From the NCBI GenBank assembly GCA_017530725.1, contig JAFXMA010000082.1:7994-71993 (forward strand): 64,000 bases of DNA. Direction: 5' to 3'. A program made the translations under genes and the position numbers. Origin of the DNA: Bacteroidales bacterium (GTDB taxonomy: Bacteria > Bacteroidota > Bacteroidia > Bacteroidales > UBA932). The notes under the pieces were generated by a model. The model saw nothing but the letters and a program-made list of their open reading frames with translations. It ran no database searches and was not told the origin of the DNA. Positions 10,301-18,514 of this stretch are shown here, in pieces; position 1 is the stretch's first letter, and each line of letters begins with the position of its first letter.

Positions 10301-12479
10301 GAAGAACAACACCCTGGACAACCTGAACAACCCGGCCAACGCGGGCGGTGTCCTGTGCGTGCGTGCCACGCCGACCACCTACGAGGTCACCGGCAACATC
10401 TTCGCCAACATTGTCAACTCCATCAGCGGCCGTACGGCTGCGATGAAGCCCAAGATGAAGAAGAATGTGTGGTACAACATCGGTGAGACCTTCTACACGG
10501 GCTGCATCGACGCGGAACTGGCTGTCGACGGTGGCGGTGTGGTCCTTTCCGCCGATCCGTTCAAGGATGCGGCCAGTGGTGACTACACCCTGACGAATGC
10601 CGTTGTCATGAGCCTCGGCGCCGGCGCTTCCCGCTGGAATCCCGCCGCCGCTTCCGCTTCTGACAGCAATGCGTTCACCGTGTCTTCCGTAGACGAGTTC
10701 CAGGCAGCCATCGATGCGGCGAAGACCGACATCAAGTTTGCGGCCGGATCCTATGACCTCTCGGCTGCGAACATCACCCTCACCGCCGGCATGCACCTGA
10801 GCGGCGAGCCCGGCGCCGAGATCACCGTGAGCCAGTTCGACCTGGCTGAAGGCGACCTGGGGACCATCATCATCGAGAACCTTTCGATTACGGGAGGTGC
10901 CAACAATCTCGTGAGCGTTGGCGCGGCTTCGGTGGTCCGTTCTCTGGTGCTCCGTAACCTGGATGTCAACACCGTGGGCAAGAGTCTCTTCTATGGCAAT
11001 GCCGACGGCTCCGAGTTCCAGGCGGTCGTGTTCGACAATGTCTTTGTCACCGGACTGGGCGGCGGACAGGGTACGATCGATATCCGCAAGGGTACCTATG
11101 GCGCCCTCACCATCCAGAACTGCACCATCGTCGGCGGCCGTGACTTCATCCGGGCCGATGCAGGCAAGGTTACCGGTGCGGTGAACATCGTGAACAACAC
11201 GTTCGATGGTGTCACGCTGAACAACGGAAACGGTATCCTGTATGTCCGTTCCACGCCGGAGAGCTACATCCTCAAGAACAACCTGTTCCTCAATGAGAAT
11301 GGTGAAAACAACCTGCTCTCCAAGGCTTCCGGCATCACCGTCCCGACGGCGGTCGCGAACAACTACTTCTATGGTTGCACGGCCGAGAAGTTCTGGACCG
11401 GTATGATCAACCAGGAAGTCGCCCTCGCGAACGGTGGCGTCATCCTCGCCTCGGATCCTGTCAAGGATGCGGCGGGCCATGACTACACGCTCGTGGACGC
11501 CCTGTGCCTCGCTTCCAACGTGGGCGCAGCCCGCTGGAACCCGAATGCCGGCCGGGTGTCTTCCGAGATCACGGTCGCTTCGGTCACCGACCTGACGACG
11601 GCCATCGACGCCGGCAAGTCCGCCATCACCCTGAAGGCGGGTGTCTATGACCTCCGTGAGGCGGTCGAGAGCGGCATCATCAATCTGATCGCCCCGCTCT
11701 CGCTGACCGGACAGGGTACCGTGGAAATCATCGGCGGCTTCAAGTTCGGAGCTGGTACCACGTCCTTCGAGGTGGAGAACGTCAAGTTCAACGGTGCCGA
11801 GAAGGCGATGGGAAATGCGTTCGAGATTGCCGAGGCCGTGGAGATGTCCAAGATCCGGATCACCGGCTGTGACATCTTAGCCTACAACAAGAGCCTGTTC
11901 TATGGGAACGGCACCGATTCCAAGATTGCGGTCTTCGACTTCCAGAAGAACCTGGTCCATGGTTTCGGCACCGGCCAGGGCATGATCGACATCCGAAAGG
12001 GTGTGTACGATGCCATCATTGTCTCCAAGAACACGTTCTATGACGGTGGTCGTGACTTCATCCGCTGCGACAAGGAAATCGCCGGAACGGTCGCCGTCAC
12101 GAACAACACGTTCGCGGCGTGCTCCATCGATGCCGGCAACGGCCTTCTGTGGGTCCGTTCCTGCGCTTCCGACCCGACCAAGTATAACGTGAAGAAGAAC
12201 CTGTTCCTGAACCTGACCGGTGACACGACGGTCCTCGCCAAGTCCGGTGCGACTGTTCCTACGATGGATTCCAACTACTTCTTCAACGTGGGTCCTGCCT
12301 TCTGGAACGGTGCCATCGACCAGGCTGTCGCCACCGCCGGCGGCGCCCTCCTCGAGGCCGATCCTTGCGTCGGCTCCGCCGAGTTCGACTTCAAGTTGAC
12401 CGACGCGGTCTTGCGCAAGGCCGACATCGGCGACCCGCGCTGGAACTCCGCTTCCCCGAACTATTCCCGGAGGAAGTAA
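7314..12479 (+). CDS. Large surface lipoprotein with FN3-like domains and four parallel beta-helix modules (DUF4957/DUF5123-like), putative surface glycan-binding protein
   Basis: Lipobox VAAC (start at 7314 or 7323), four internal repeats, C-terminal IGDPRW; occupies the position after susD. Confidence 0.75.
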   Translation: MNAMNKIKYALIALATLAVAACSTKEFDEKTDLNLSRCLTPLDLNARVSAALGDVVTFSWAVSKDAEAYNLQVFTDAALTQSYLAETVLPSQVPYQKKLDADKTYWFTVQAVASGKADSKIAVYDKSFKTFAVKDNLFLKVTDRTATSVSLAWSKEVEDFADVDRIEYGAPGADPAGTVTLSASDIAAAAATVDGLDPSTEYVFTLYFLSASRGQVDAWTTPDVNGTTEVSSLDALLNAVKTAGAKILLKMEGSPYDIESLDISNGFTLLGEESADGTKPVVQGEFHFADTWTPGADLYFEGVEFNGGPTATAPSGFGFAIQNKNGGTLKDKNIGNITYKNCVIANYTKGLIYEWGNNMVLGNVLYDSCDIHDINTDGTVGGDVFDIRQATTVESLTFVNNTIWQGMRTFVRFDAGSIGALVFDNNTLQNLNFVDNANNAGVFGLQITPGSFSFKNNLFLNFTGKAVLAGANAKYVPAGDMGVAAANNWFYNLPKNDAGELTYFTDNFTQAQAAGTILAADPCYNAPGGFFNLLADSEIADKKVGAPKWWTPFVEEPEDLTLNLIEGNKTWNLANAKYFSGTIKKQMVRDDLFIGAGESNAIVVDGGKLNFQTAGVTNRQGVPTLSYVAFKVDKPGSVLVKAADPESLGNHFVVGVGPVDGGSIALKGGVSAMADMTTPTKILVTTITEESLVYVFPSGPVSLEKLAWSTDVTPVNTALPTPAPTADPASITAGEAADITISWEPVENAGSYSVVFNGKSNTVSEGTEYVIGGTTTGMLDAGSYKVEVYANPTATDIYNTESAAGVAAFAVLPKGGGGEGDELVVNTVDALKSAIEAGKEAVTLAPGEYDLEGGLTITAPLTLKGQDGAVVKGGFKLSGAVGTFATDNLEVVANGGDIFINLDNAEGVTAEKIDIRNTVIDGFSKSVIYASNTADKFDIADITFYNVVVKNQGTGQGVFDLRNGRYGSFTLEESTCTGGRDFLRIDAPCVINAVYVKNNTLDNLNNPANAGGVLCVRATPTTYEVTGNIFANIVNSISGRTAAMKPKMKKNVWYNIGETFYTGCIDAELAVDGGGVVLSADPFKDAASGDYTLTNAVVMSLGAGASRWNPAAASASDSNAFTVSSVDEFQAAIDAAKTDIKFAAGSYDLSAANITLTAGMHLSGEPGAEITVSQFDLAEGDLGTIIIENLSITGGANNLVSVGAASVVRSLVLRNLDVNTVGKSLFYGNADGSEFQAVVFDNVFVTGLGGGQGTIDIRKGTYGALTIQNCTIVGGRDFIRADAGKVTGAVNIVNNTFDGVTLNNGNGILYVRSTPESYILKNNLFLNENGENNLLSKASGITVPTAVANNYFYGCTAEKFWTGMINQEVALANGGVILASDPVKDAAGHDYTLVDALCLASNVGAARWNPNAGRVSSEITVASVTDLTTAIDAGKSAITLKAGVYDLREAVESGIINLIAPLSLTGQGTVEIIGGFKFGAGTTSFEVENVKFNGAEKAMGNAFEIAEAVEMSKIRITGCDILAYNKSLFYGNGTDSKIAVFDFQKNLVHGFGTGQGMIDIRKGVYDAIIVSKNTFYDGGRDFIRCDKEIAGTVAVTNNTFAACSIDAGNGLLWVRSCASDPTKYNVKKNLFLNLTGDTTVLAKSGATVPTMDSNYFFNVGPAFWNGAIDQAVATAGGALLEADPCVGSAEFDFKLTDAVLRKADIGDPRWNSASPNYSRRK

Positions 12480-12487
12480 CTGTACAA

Positions 12488-12517
12488 AGGGAGCCGGGGG
12501 TGATACCCCGACTCTCT
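12488..12517 (+). terminator. Stem-loop after the PUL surface protein gene (terminator or mRNA stabiliser)
   Basis: agggagccgggg-gtgata-ccccgactctct inverted repeat with one mismatch and one G-U pair; weak U-tract. Confidence 0.4.
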
Positions 12518-12543
12518 TCCAAGATTCTAAAACACAGACAGAT

Positions 12544-13959
12544 ATGAGTTTCATCAACGACAACTTCATGCTCCAGACGGAGACCGCCCGGAAGTTCTAC
12601 CACGAGCACGCGGCGAAAATGCCCATCATCGACTACCACTGCCACCTCGTGCCGCAGCAGATCGCCGAGAACATCCAGTTCCGCGACATCACCCAGCTGT
12701 GGCTGGTGGACGGCCACTACGGCGACCACTACAAGTGGCGCGCGATGCGGGCGAACGGCGTTTCCGAGGACTACCTGACCGGCGGCAAGCACACCGCCTG
12801 GGAAACCTTCGAGAAATGGGCGGAGACCGTTCCGTACACGATGCGGAACCCGCTATACCACTGGACGCACCTGGAGCTGAGCCGCGTGTTTGGCATCGAC
12901 AAGCTCCTGTGCCCGGCGTCGGCCCGCGAGATCTTCGAGGAGTGCAACGCGAAGCTGGCGACGCCCGAGTTCCGCGGCCAGGCCCTCATCCGCAAGTTCG
13001 GCGTGGAGGTGGTCTGCACCACCGACGACCCGGCCGACGACCTCCGTTGGCACAAGAAGATCGCCGCCGAGCCCTTCGGCACGAAGGTGATTCCCGCCTG
13101 GCGCCCGGACAAGGCGATGGCCATCGAGAATCCGGACGCCTACAAGGCCTATCTGCTGCAGCTCGGCATGGCCGCCCGGATGGAGATCAAGTCCTACCGC
13201 GACCTGTGCGAGGCCTTGCAGAAGCGCCACGACTTCTTCGCGTCCATGGGCTGCAAGCTCTCCGACCACGGCCTGGAGAACTTCTATGCCGCCGACTACA
13301 AGGACGTGGAGATCGAGTTGATCTTCCAGAAGGTCCTGATGGGCATCGCCCCGAACGGCCGGGAGCTGGAGAAGTTCCGCAGCGCGTTCCTGCACGATCA
13401 GGCTGTCATGGATGCTGAGGCCGGCTGGGCCCAGCAGTTCCATATCGGCGCCATCCGGAACAACAACACGAAGATGTTCAACGAGGTCGGTCCGGACACG
13501 GGTTACGACGCCATCCACGACCCGGAAATCGCGGCCGCCGGCCATCGGTTCTTCGACCGGCTCACCCTCGAAGGCAAGCTCGCGAAGACCATCCTCTACT
13601 GCCTGAATCCCAAGGACAACGCGGTGATGATGACGATGGCTTACACCTTCAACGACGGCACCTTCCCGGGCAAGATGCAGTTCGGCTCCGGCTGGTGGTT
13701 CCTGGATCAGGAGGTGGGCATGCGCCGTCAGCTGGACTCCCTGTCTGCGCTGGGTCTCCTGAGCCGTTTCGTGGGCATGCTCACGGACAGCCGCAGTTTC
13801 ATCAGCTACCCGCGCCACGAGTACTTCCGCCGCATCCTCTGCGACGTCCTGGGCAAGGATGTCGAGCAGGGCAAGCTTCCGGCCTCCGAGCTCGACTTCA
13901 TCGGCAAGATGGTCGAGGACATCTCCTACAACAACGCGAAGAATTACTTTAATTTCTAG
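12544..13959 (+). CDS. uxaC: Uronate (glucuronate/galacturonate) isomerase
   Basis: PIIDYHCHL, GDHYKWRAMR, NPLYHWTHLEL, QFGSGWWFLDQ, GMLTDSRSF.SYPRHEYFRR. Confidence 0.97.
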   Translation: MSFINDNFMLQTETARKFYHEHAAKMPIIDYHCHLVPQQIAENIQFRDITQLWLVDGHYGDHYKWRAMRANGVSEDYLTGGKHTAWETFEKWAETVPYTMRNPLYHWTHLELSRVFGIDKLLCPASAREIFEECNAKLATPEFRGQALIRKFGVEVVCTTDDPADDLRWHKKIAAEPFGTKVIPAWRPDKAMAIENPDAYKAYLLQLGMAARMEIKSYRDLCEALQKRHDFFASMGCKLSDHGLENFYAADYKDVEIELIFQKVLMGIAPNGRELEKFRSAFLHDQAVMDAEAGWAQQFHIGAIRNNNTKMFNEVGPDTGYDAIHDPEIAAAGHRFFDRLTLEGKLAKTILYCLNPKDNAVMMTMAYTFNDGTFPGKMQFGSGWWFLDQEVGMRRQLDSLSALGLLSRFVGMLTDSRSFISYPRHEYFRRILCDVLGKDVEQGKLPASELDFIGKMVEDISYNNAKNYFNF

Positions 13960-13963
13960 TCCC

Positions 13964-13991
13964 TGCCGTTTCGAGCGAAGTCGAGAAATCT
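13964..13991 (+). repeat. Degenerate TGTC/CGTC-tagged REP-like palindrome
   Basis: tgccgtttcgagcgaagtcgagaaatct resembles the copies at 54572 and 58645 and fills the uxaC-uxaA gap. Confidence 0.55.
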
Positions 13992-15470
13992 ATGGATTAC
14001 ATCAAGATCAACCCCGCCGACAACGTCGCCGTCGCCCTCCAGGACATCTCCAAGGGGACCGTGGTGGAAGGCGTGACCTTGTCGATGGACATCCCCCGCG
14101 GCCACAAGATCGTCCTGCAGGACCTCAAGGCAGGGGAGAACGTCATCAAGTACGGCTTCCCGATCGGGCATGTGACGCGGGATGCGGCCGCCGGCACCAT
14201 GGTGGACCATACTTGCATCAAGACGAACCTGGAAGGCCTGCTGGATTACAGTTACCAGCCTGCGCTGGTGGACATTCCGGCCGCTCCCATGAAGCGGACC
14301 TTCAAGGGCTTCCGCCGGGCGGACGGACAGGTGGGCGTGCGCAACCAGATCTGGGTCATCCCCAACGTGGGCTGCGTGAACGGCATCTGCCAGACGATCG
14401 TGGAGCGCTTCAAGGCGGAAATCGCCGGGAAGGAGGGGAGTGTCGATGCCGTCGTCGCTTTCCCGCACAACTACGGCTGCTCGCAACTTGGCGCGGACCA
14501 CGAGAATACCCGGACCGTCCTTGCCGACATGGTGCACCATCCCAACGCCGGCGGCGTGCTGGTGGTCTCGCTCGGCTGCGAGAACAACCAGTTGGACGCC
14601 TTCCGCGAACTGGTGGGCCCTGTCGATGAGCGCCGGGTCCGGATGTTCGTCACCCAGCAGGTGGACGACGAGATCGAATACGGCCTGCAGCAACTCCGCG
14701 AGATCTTCGCCGTCTGCTCGAAGGACGAGCGCGAGGACGTTCCGGTGTCGGAACTCCGCGTCGGCCTGAAGTGCGGCGGTTCCGACGGCCTCAGCGGCAT
14801 CACGGCGAACCCGCTCCTGGGCGTGTTCTCCGATTGGATCGTCGCCCAGGGCGGCACGACCGTCCTCACCGAGGTTCCCGAGATGTTCGGTGCCGAGACC
14901 ATCCTCATGAACCGCTGCCAGGACGTGGCCACGTTCGAGCAGACCGTCCATCTGATCAACGACTTCAAGGAATACTTCATGAAGCAGGGGATGCCCGTGT
15001 ACGAGAACCCGTCGCCCGGCAACAAGGCCGGCGGCATCTCCACGCTGGAGGAAAAGTCCCTTGGCTGCACGCAGAAATGCGGAAAGAGCATCGTCCGGGG
15101 CGTCTTGAAATATGGCGAACGGCTGCAAGTCAAGGGGTTGAACCTCCTCAGCGCTCCGGGCAACGATCTCGTGGCCTCCACGGCCCTCGCGTCGTGCGGC
15201 TGCCAGATCGTCCTGTTCACCACGGGACGCGGCACCCCGTTCGGGACCTTCGTCCCCACGATGAAGATATCGACCAACACCCCCCTCTACGAAAAGAAAG
15301 GGCACTGGATCGATTTCAACGCCGGCGTCCTCGCCCAGGGCGAGCCGATGGCGGAGGTCTCCGCCCGCTTCATCGACTTCGTCCTCGCCGCCGCGTCCGG
15401 CGCTCCGGTGAACAACGAGAAGAACGACTGGCGCGAAATCGCCATCTTCAAGTCCGGGGTCACGCTCTGA
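13992..15470 (+). CDS. uxaA: Altronate dehydratase
   Basis: N-terminal SAF domain (DNVAVAL..IPRGHK), H.YGCSQLG, LGCENNQ, GLKCGGSDG.SGITANP, NPSPGNKAGGISTLEEKSLG. Confidence 0.95.
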   Translation: MDYIKINPADNVAVALQDISKGTVVEGVTLSMDIPRGHKIVLQDLKAGENVIKYGFPIGHVTRDAAAGTMVDHTCIKTNLEGLLDYSYQPALVDIPAAPMKRTFKGFRRADGQVGVRNQIWVIPNVGCVNGICQTIVERFKAEIAGKEGSVDAVVAFPHNYGCSQLGADHENTRTVLADMVHHPNAGGVLVVSLGCENNQLDAFRELVGPVDERRVRMFVTQQVDDEIEYGLQQLREIFAVCSKDEREDVPVSELRVGLKCGGSDGLSGITANPLLGVFSDWIVAQGGTTVLTEVPEMFGAETILMNRCQDVATFEQTVHLINDFKEYFMKQGMPVYENPSPGNKAGGISTLEEKSLGCTQKCGKSIVRGVLKYGERLQVKGLNLLSAPGNDLVASTALASCGCQIVLFTTGRGTPFGTFVPTMKISTNTPLYEKKGHWIDFNAGVLAQGEPMAEVSARFIDFVLAAASGAPVNNEKNDWREIAIFKSGVTL

Positions 15471-15471
15471 C

Positions 15472-15498
15472 CGTCATGTCATGTCTGTCGAGAAATCT
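15472..15498 (+). repeat. Degenerate CGTC-tagged REP-like element
   Basis: cgtcatgtcatgtctgtcgagaaatct shares the 3' arm gtcgagaaatct with the 13964 copy. Confidence 0.45.
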
Positions 15499-15517
15499 AA
15501 AACACTGAATCAATAAT

Positions 15518-16960
15518 ATGGAAAGATTAAACAGAACTTCCGCCCCGCAGGCGAAGCAGTACACCGAAAAGGTCATCCAGTTCGGTGAAGGGAACTTCCT
15601 CCGCGCATTCATCGAGTGGATCATTTGGAAGACCAACCAGAAAACCGATTTCAACGGCTCCGTCGTCGTGGTGCAGCCCATCGAGAAGGGCATGGTCGGC
15701 TGGCTCAACGAGCAGGACGGCCTGTATCACCTGAATCTCCAGGGACTCCAGGACGGCCAGCCCGTGGACAGCGTCGATCTGATCGACGTCATCAGCCGGG
15801 GCCTGAGCCCGTATGAGGATTTCCAGGGCTACCTGAAACTCGCCGAGCAGCCCGAGATGCGTTTCGTCATCTCCAATACGACCGAGGCGGGTATCGCCTT
15901 CGATCCGGCCTGCAAACTGGACGACGCCCCGGCATCGTCCTATCCCGGCAAACTCACCCAGTTGCTGTATCACCGCTGGGAGTATTTCAAAGGCGACAGG
16001 ACGAAGGGCTTCATCATCTTCCCGTGCGAACTGATTTTCGAGAACGGCAAGCACCTGAAGGAGTGCATCCGCCAGTACATCGACCTGTGGAACCTGGGAC
16101 CGGACTTCAAGGCCTGGTTCGAGGAGGCTTGCGGCGTGTACTCGACCCTCGTGGACCGCATCGTCCCGGGTTATCCGCGGGACACCGCCGCCCAGTTGTG
16201 CGAGCGCGTGGGCTATGACGACCATCTGCTGGACAAGGCCGAGATCTTCCACCTGTGGGTGATCGAGGCACCGAAGGAGGTCGCTGCCGAGTTCCCGGCC
16301 GACAAGGCGGGTCTCCATGTGCTGTTCGTCCCGTCCGAGGCCCCGTATCACGAGCGGAAAGTCACCCTCCTGAACGGCCCGCATACCGTGCTGTCTCCGG
16401 TGGGCTACCTGAGCGGGCTGGACACCGTGAAGGAGTGCTGCGAGGATCCCGAGGTGGGCCCGTTCGTGAAGAAGGTCATGTTCGAGGAACTCCTTCCCAC
16501 GCTCAACCTCCCGAAGGAGGAACTGGAGAAGTTCGGCTGCGACGTGATGGAGCGCTTCCGCAACCCGTTCGTGAAGCATTTCGTCACCAGCATCATGCTG
16601 AATTCCTTCCCGAAGTTCAAGACGCGCGACCTGCCGGGTCTCAAGACCTATCTGGAGCGCAAGGGCGAACTGCCGAAGGGTATCGTCCTCGGCCTCGCCG
16701 CCATCTGCACCTACTACAAGGGCGGGAAGCGCGGTGACGTGGACATCGTCCCGAACGACGATCCCAAGATCATGGAACTGCTCAAGGACCTCTGGGCGAC
16801 CGGCGATGTGCGCAAGGTGGCCGAGGGCGTCCTGGCCGACGAATTCATCTGGGGCGAGAACCTGAACGCCATCCCGGGCCTGACCGACCTCCTCGAGGCC
16901 GACCTCGCCCTCATCCAGGCGGAAGGCATGCGCGCCGCTGTCAAAACTGTAATTGCTTAA
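15518..16960 (+). CDS. uxaB: Altronate oxidoreductase (tagaturonate reductase)
   Basis: IQFGEGNFLRAF, SNTTEAGI, SYPGKLT, LVDRIVPG, LNGPHT, RFRNPF motifs. Confidence 0.95.
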   Translation: MERLNRTSAPQAKQYTEKVIQFGEGNFLRAFIEWIIWKTNQKTDFNGSVVVVQPIEKGMVGWLNEQDGLYHLNLQGLQDGQPVDSVDLIDVISRGLSPYEDFQGYLKLAEQPEMRFVISNTTEAGIAFDPACKLDDAPASSYPGKLTQLLYHRWEYFKGDRTKGFIIFPCELIFENGKHLKECIRQYIDLWNLGPDFKAWFEEACGVYSTLVDRIVPGYPRDTAAQLCERVGYDDHLLDKAEIFHLWVIEAPKEVAAEFPADKAGLHVLFVPSEAPYHERKVTLLNGPHTVLSPVGYLSGLDTVKECCEDPEVGPFVKKVMFEELLPTLNLPKEELEKFGCDVMERFRNPFVKHFVTSIMLNSFPKFKTRDLPGLKTYLERKGELPKGIVLGLAAICTYYKGGKRGDVDIVPNDDPKIMELLKDLWATGDVRKVAEGVLADEFIWGENLNAIPGLTDLLEADLALIQAEGMRAAVKTVIA

Positions 16961-16964
16961 TACT

Positions 16965-18425
16965 ATGGGTGAAACACAGAAAAAACTGATGACCAACTGG
17001 CGCTGGTGGCTGTGCTCGCTGCTGTTCGTGGCGACGACCGTCAACTACCTGGACCGCCAGGTGCTGTCCCTCACGTACGAGAACTTCATCAAGCCGGAAT
17101 TCCACTGGAATGACGACAATTATGGCACCATCACCGCTTTCTTCTCCATCTTCTACGCCATCGCCTGCCTGTTCGCGGGCAAGTTCGTGGACTGGATGGG
17201 CACGAAGAAGGGTTATCTGATCGCCATCGGCGTGTGGTCCGCCGGCGCGTGCCTGCACGCCGCCTGCGGGTGGGCCACGGGGGCCATCGTCGGACAGGAT
17301 CTCGCCGCCCTCAAGGGGGTCGAGGTCGCTTCCAACGTCGCCCTGGCCATATCGACGACTTCCGTTTACCTGTTCCTCCTGTGCCGCGGCATCCTCGCGC
17401 TCGGCGAGGCCGGCAACTTCCCGGCCGCCATCAAGGTGACGGCCGAGTATTTCCCGAAGAAGGACCGCGCCTTTGCGACGTCCATCTTCAACGCCGGCGC
17501 TTCGGTCGGTGCGCTCGCCGCGCCGCTGTGCATCCCGCCGCTCGCGATGAAGTTCGGCTGGGAGATGGCCTTCATCATCATCGGCGCCCTGGGCTTCATC
17601 TGGATGTTCTTCTGGGCCTTCATGTACGAGAAGCCCGAGAAGAGCAAGCATGTGAACGAGGCTGAACTGGAGTATATCCACCAGGACGACGCGGAAGAGG
17701 CGGCCAAGGCACCCGCGGCGGCCGCTCAGGCGGAAGAGAAGCAGGTTTCCCTGTGGAAGTGCTTCACTTTCAAGCAGACCTGGCAGTTCATCACGGGTAA
17801 GTTCTTCACGGACGGCGTGTGGTGGTTCTTCCTGTTCTGGGCTCCTTCCTACTTCAGCAACCAGTTCAATGCGCCTGTGACCACGCCGCTGGGCCAGTGG
17901 CTCATCTTCACGCTCTACCTCATCGTGACGGTGGTCTCCATCGGCGGCGGATACCTGCCGAAGATTTTCGTCGAGAAGAAGGGAATGCATCCTTATCCGG
18001 GCCGCATGCTCGCGATGCTCATCTTCGCGTTCTTCCCGCTCTGCGCCCTGCTGGCGCAGCCGCTGGGCATGCGTTTCAACTCCGCCTGGATTCCCGCCAT
18101 CCTCATCGGCCTCGCGGCCGCCGGCCACCAGGCCTGGAGCGCGAACCTCTTCTCCACCATCGGCGACATGTTCCCGAAGGGTGCCATCGCGACCGTGACC
18201 GGTATCGGCGCCATGGCCGGCGGTGTCGGCTCGATGTTCATCCAGAAGATTGCCGGCAAACTGTTCACCTACGCGGAGAACGCCGGTCCCGCCTTCCGCT
18301 TCCTCGGCTTCGAGGGCAAGCCCGCGGGCTACTTCATCATGTTCTGCTTCTGCGGTCTCGCGTACCTCATCGCCTGGGTCATCATGAAGTCCCTCGTGCC
18401 CAAGTACAAGCCGGTGGAACTGTAG
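16965..18425 (+). CDS. exuT: MFS hexuronate transporter (ExuT-like)
   Basis: RW...LLF.AT.VNYLDRQ, GEAGNFPAAIK..AEYFP.K.RA.AT.IFNAG, HQAWSANLF; multiple TM segments. Confidence 0.88.
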   Translation: MGETQKKLMTNWRWWLCSLLFVATTVNYLDRQVLSLTYENFIKPEFHWNDDNYGTITAFFSIFYAIACLFAGKFVDWMGTKKGYLIAIGVWSAGACLHAACGWATGAIVGQDLAALKGVEVASNVALAISTTSVYLFLLCRGILALGEAGNFPAAIKVTAEYFPKKDRAFATSIFNAGASVGALAAPLCIPPLAMKFGWEMAFIIIGALGFIWMFFWAFMYEKPEKSKHVNEAELEYIHQDDAEEAAKAPAAAAQAEEKQVSLWKCFTFKQTWQFITGKFFTDGVWWFFLFWAPSYFSNQFNAPVTTPLGQWLIFTLYLIVTVVSIGGGYLPKIFVEKKGMHPYPGRMLAMLIFAFFPLCALLAQPLGMRFNSAWIPAILIGLAAAGHQAWSANLFSTIGDMFPKGAIATVTGIGAMAGGVGSMFIQKIAGKLFTYAENAGPAFRFLGFEGKPAGYFIMFCFCGLAYLIAWVIMKSLVPKYKPVEL

Positions 18426-18450
18426 AATTCCCTTCCTGGTAGGGATTAAG

Positions 18451-18487
18451 TTTGCCCGTAGGTCCATTCTTTGGACCTACGGGTAAA
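18451..18487. repeat. GTAG-tagged REP-like palindrome, copy 1 (likely bidirectional terminator between convergent exuT and GH97)
   Basis: tttgcccgtaggtcca-ttctt-tggacctacgggtaaa. Confidence 0.8.
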
Positions 18488-18514
18488 TTTTTCTCGGTTT
18501 TTCTTTCCGGCTAC

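Noticed and set aside
314-11480. Very long antisense ORFs (314..2230, 3113..7504, 7278..11480; similar ones at 18452..20593, 25472..27529, 33495..35876)
   Set aside because: Shadow frames of genes with strong GC3 bias; V/G/D/H-rich with no recognisable motifs, and they lie opposite well-supported genes.
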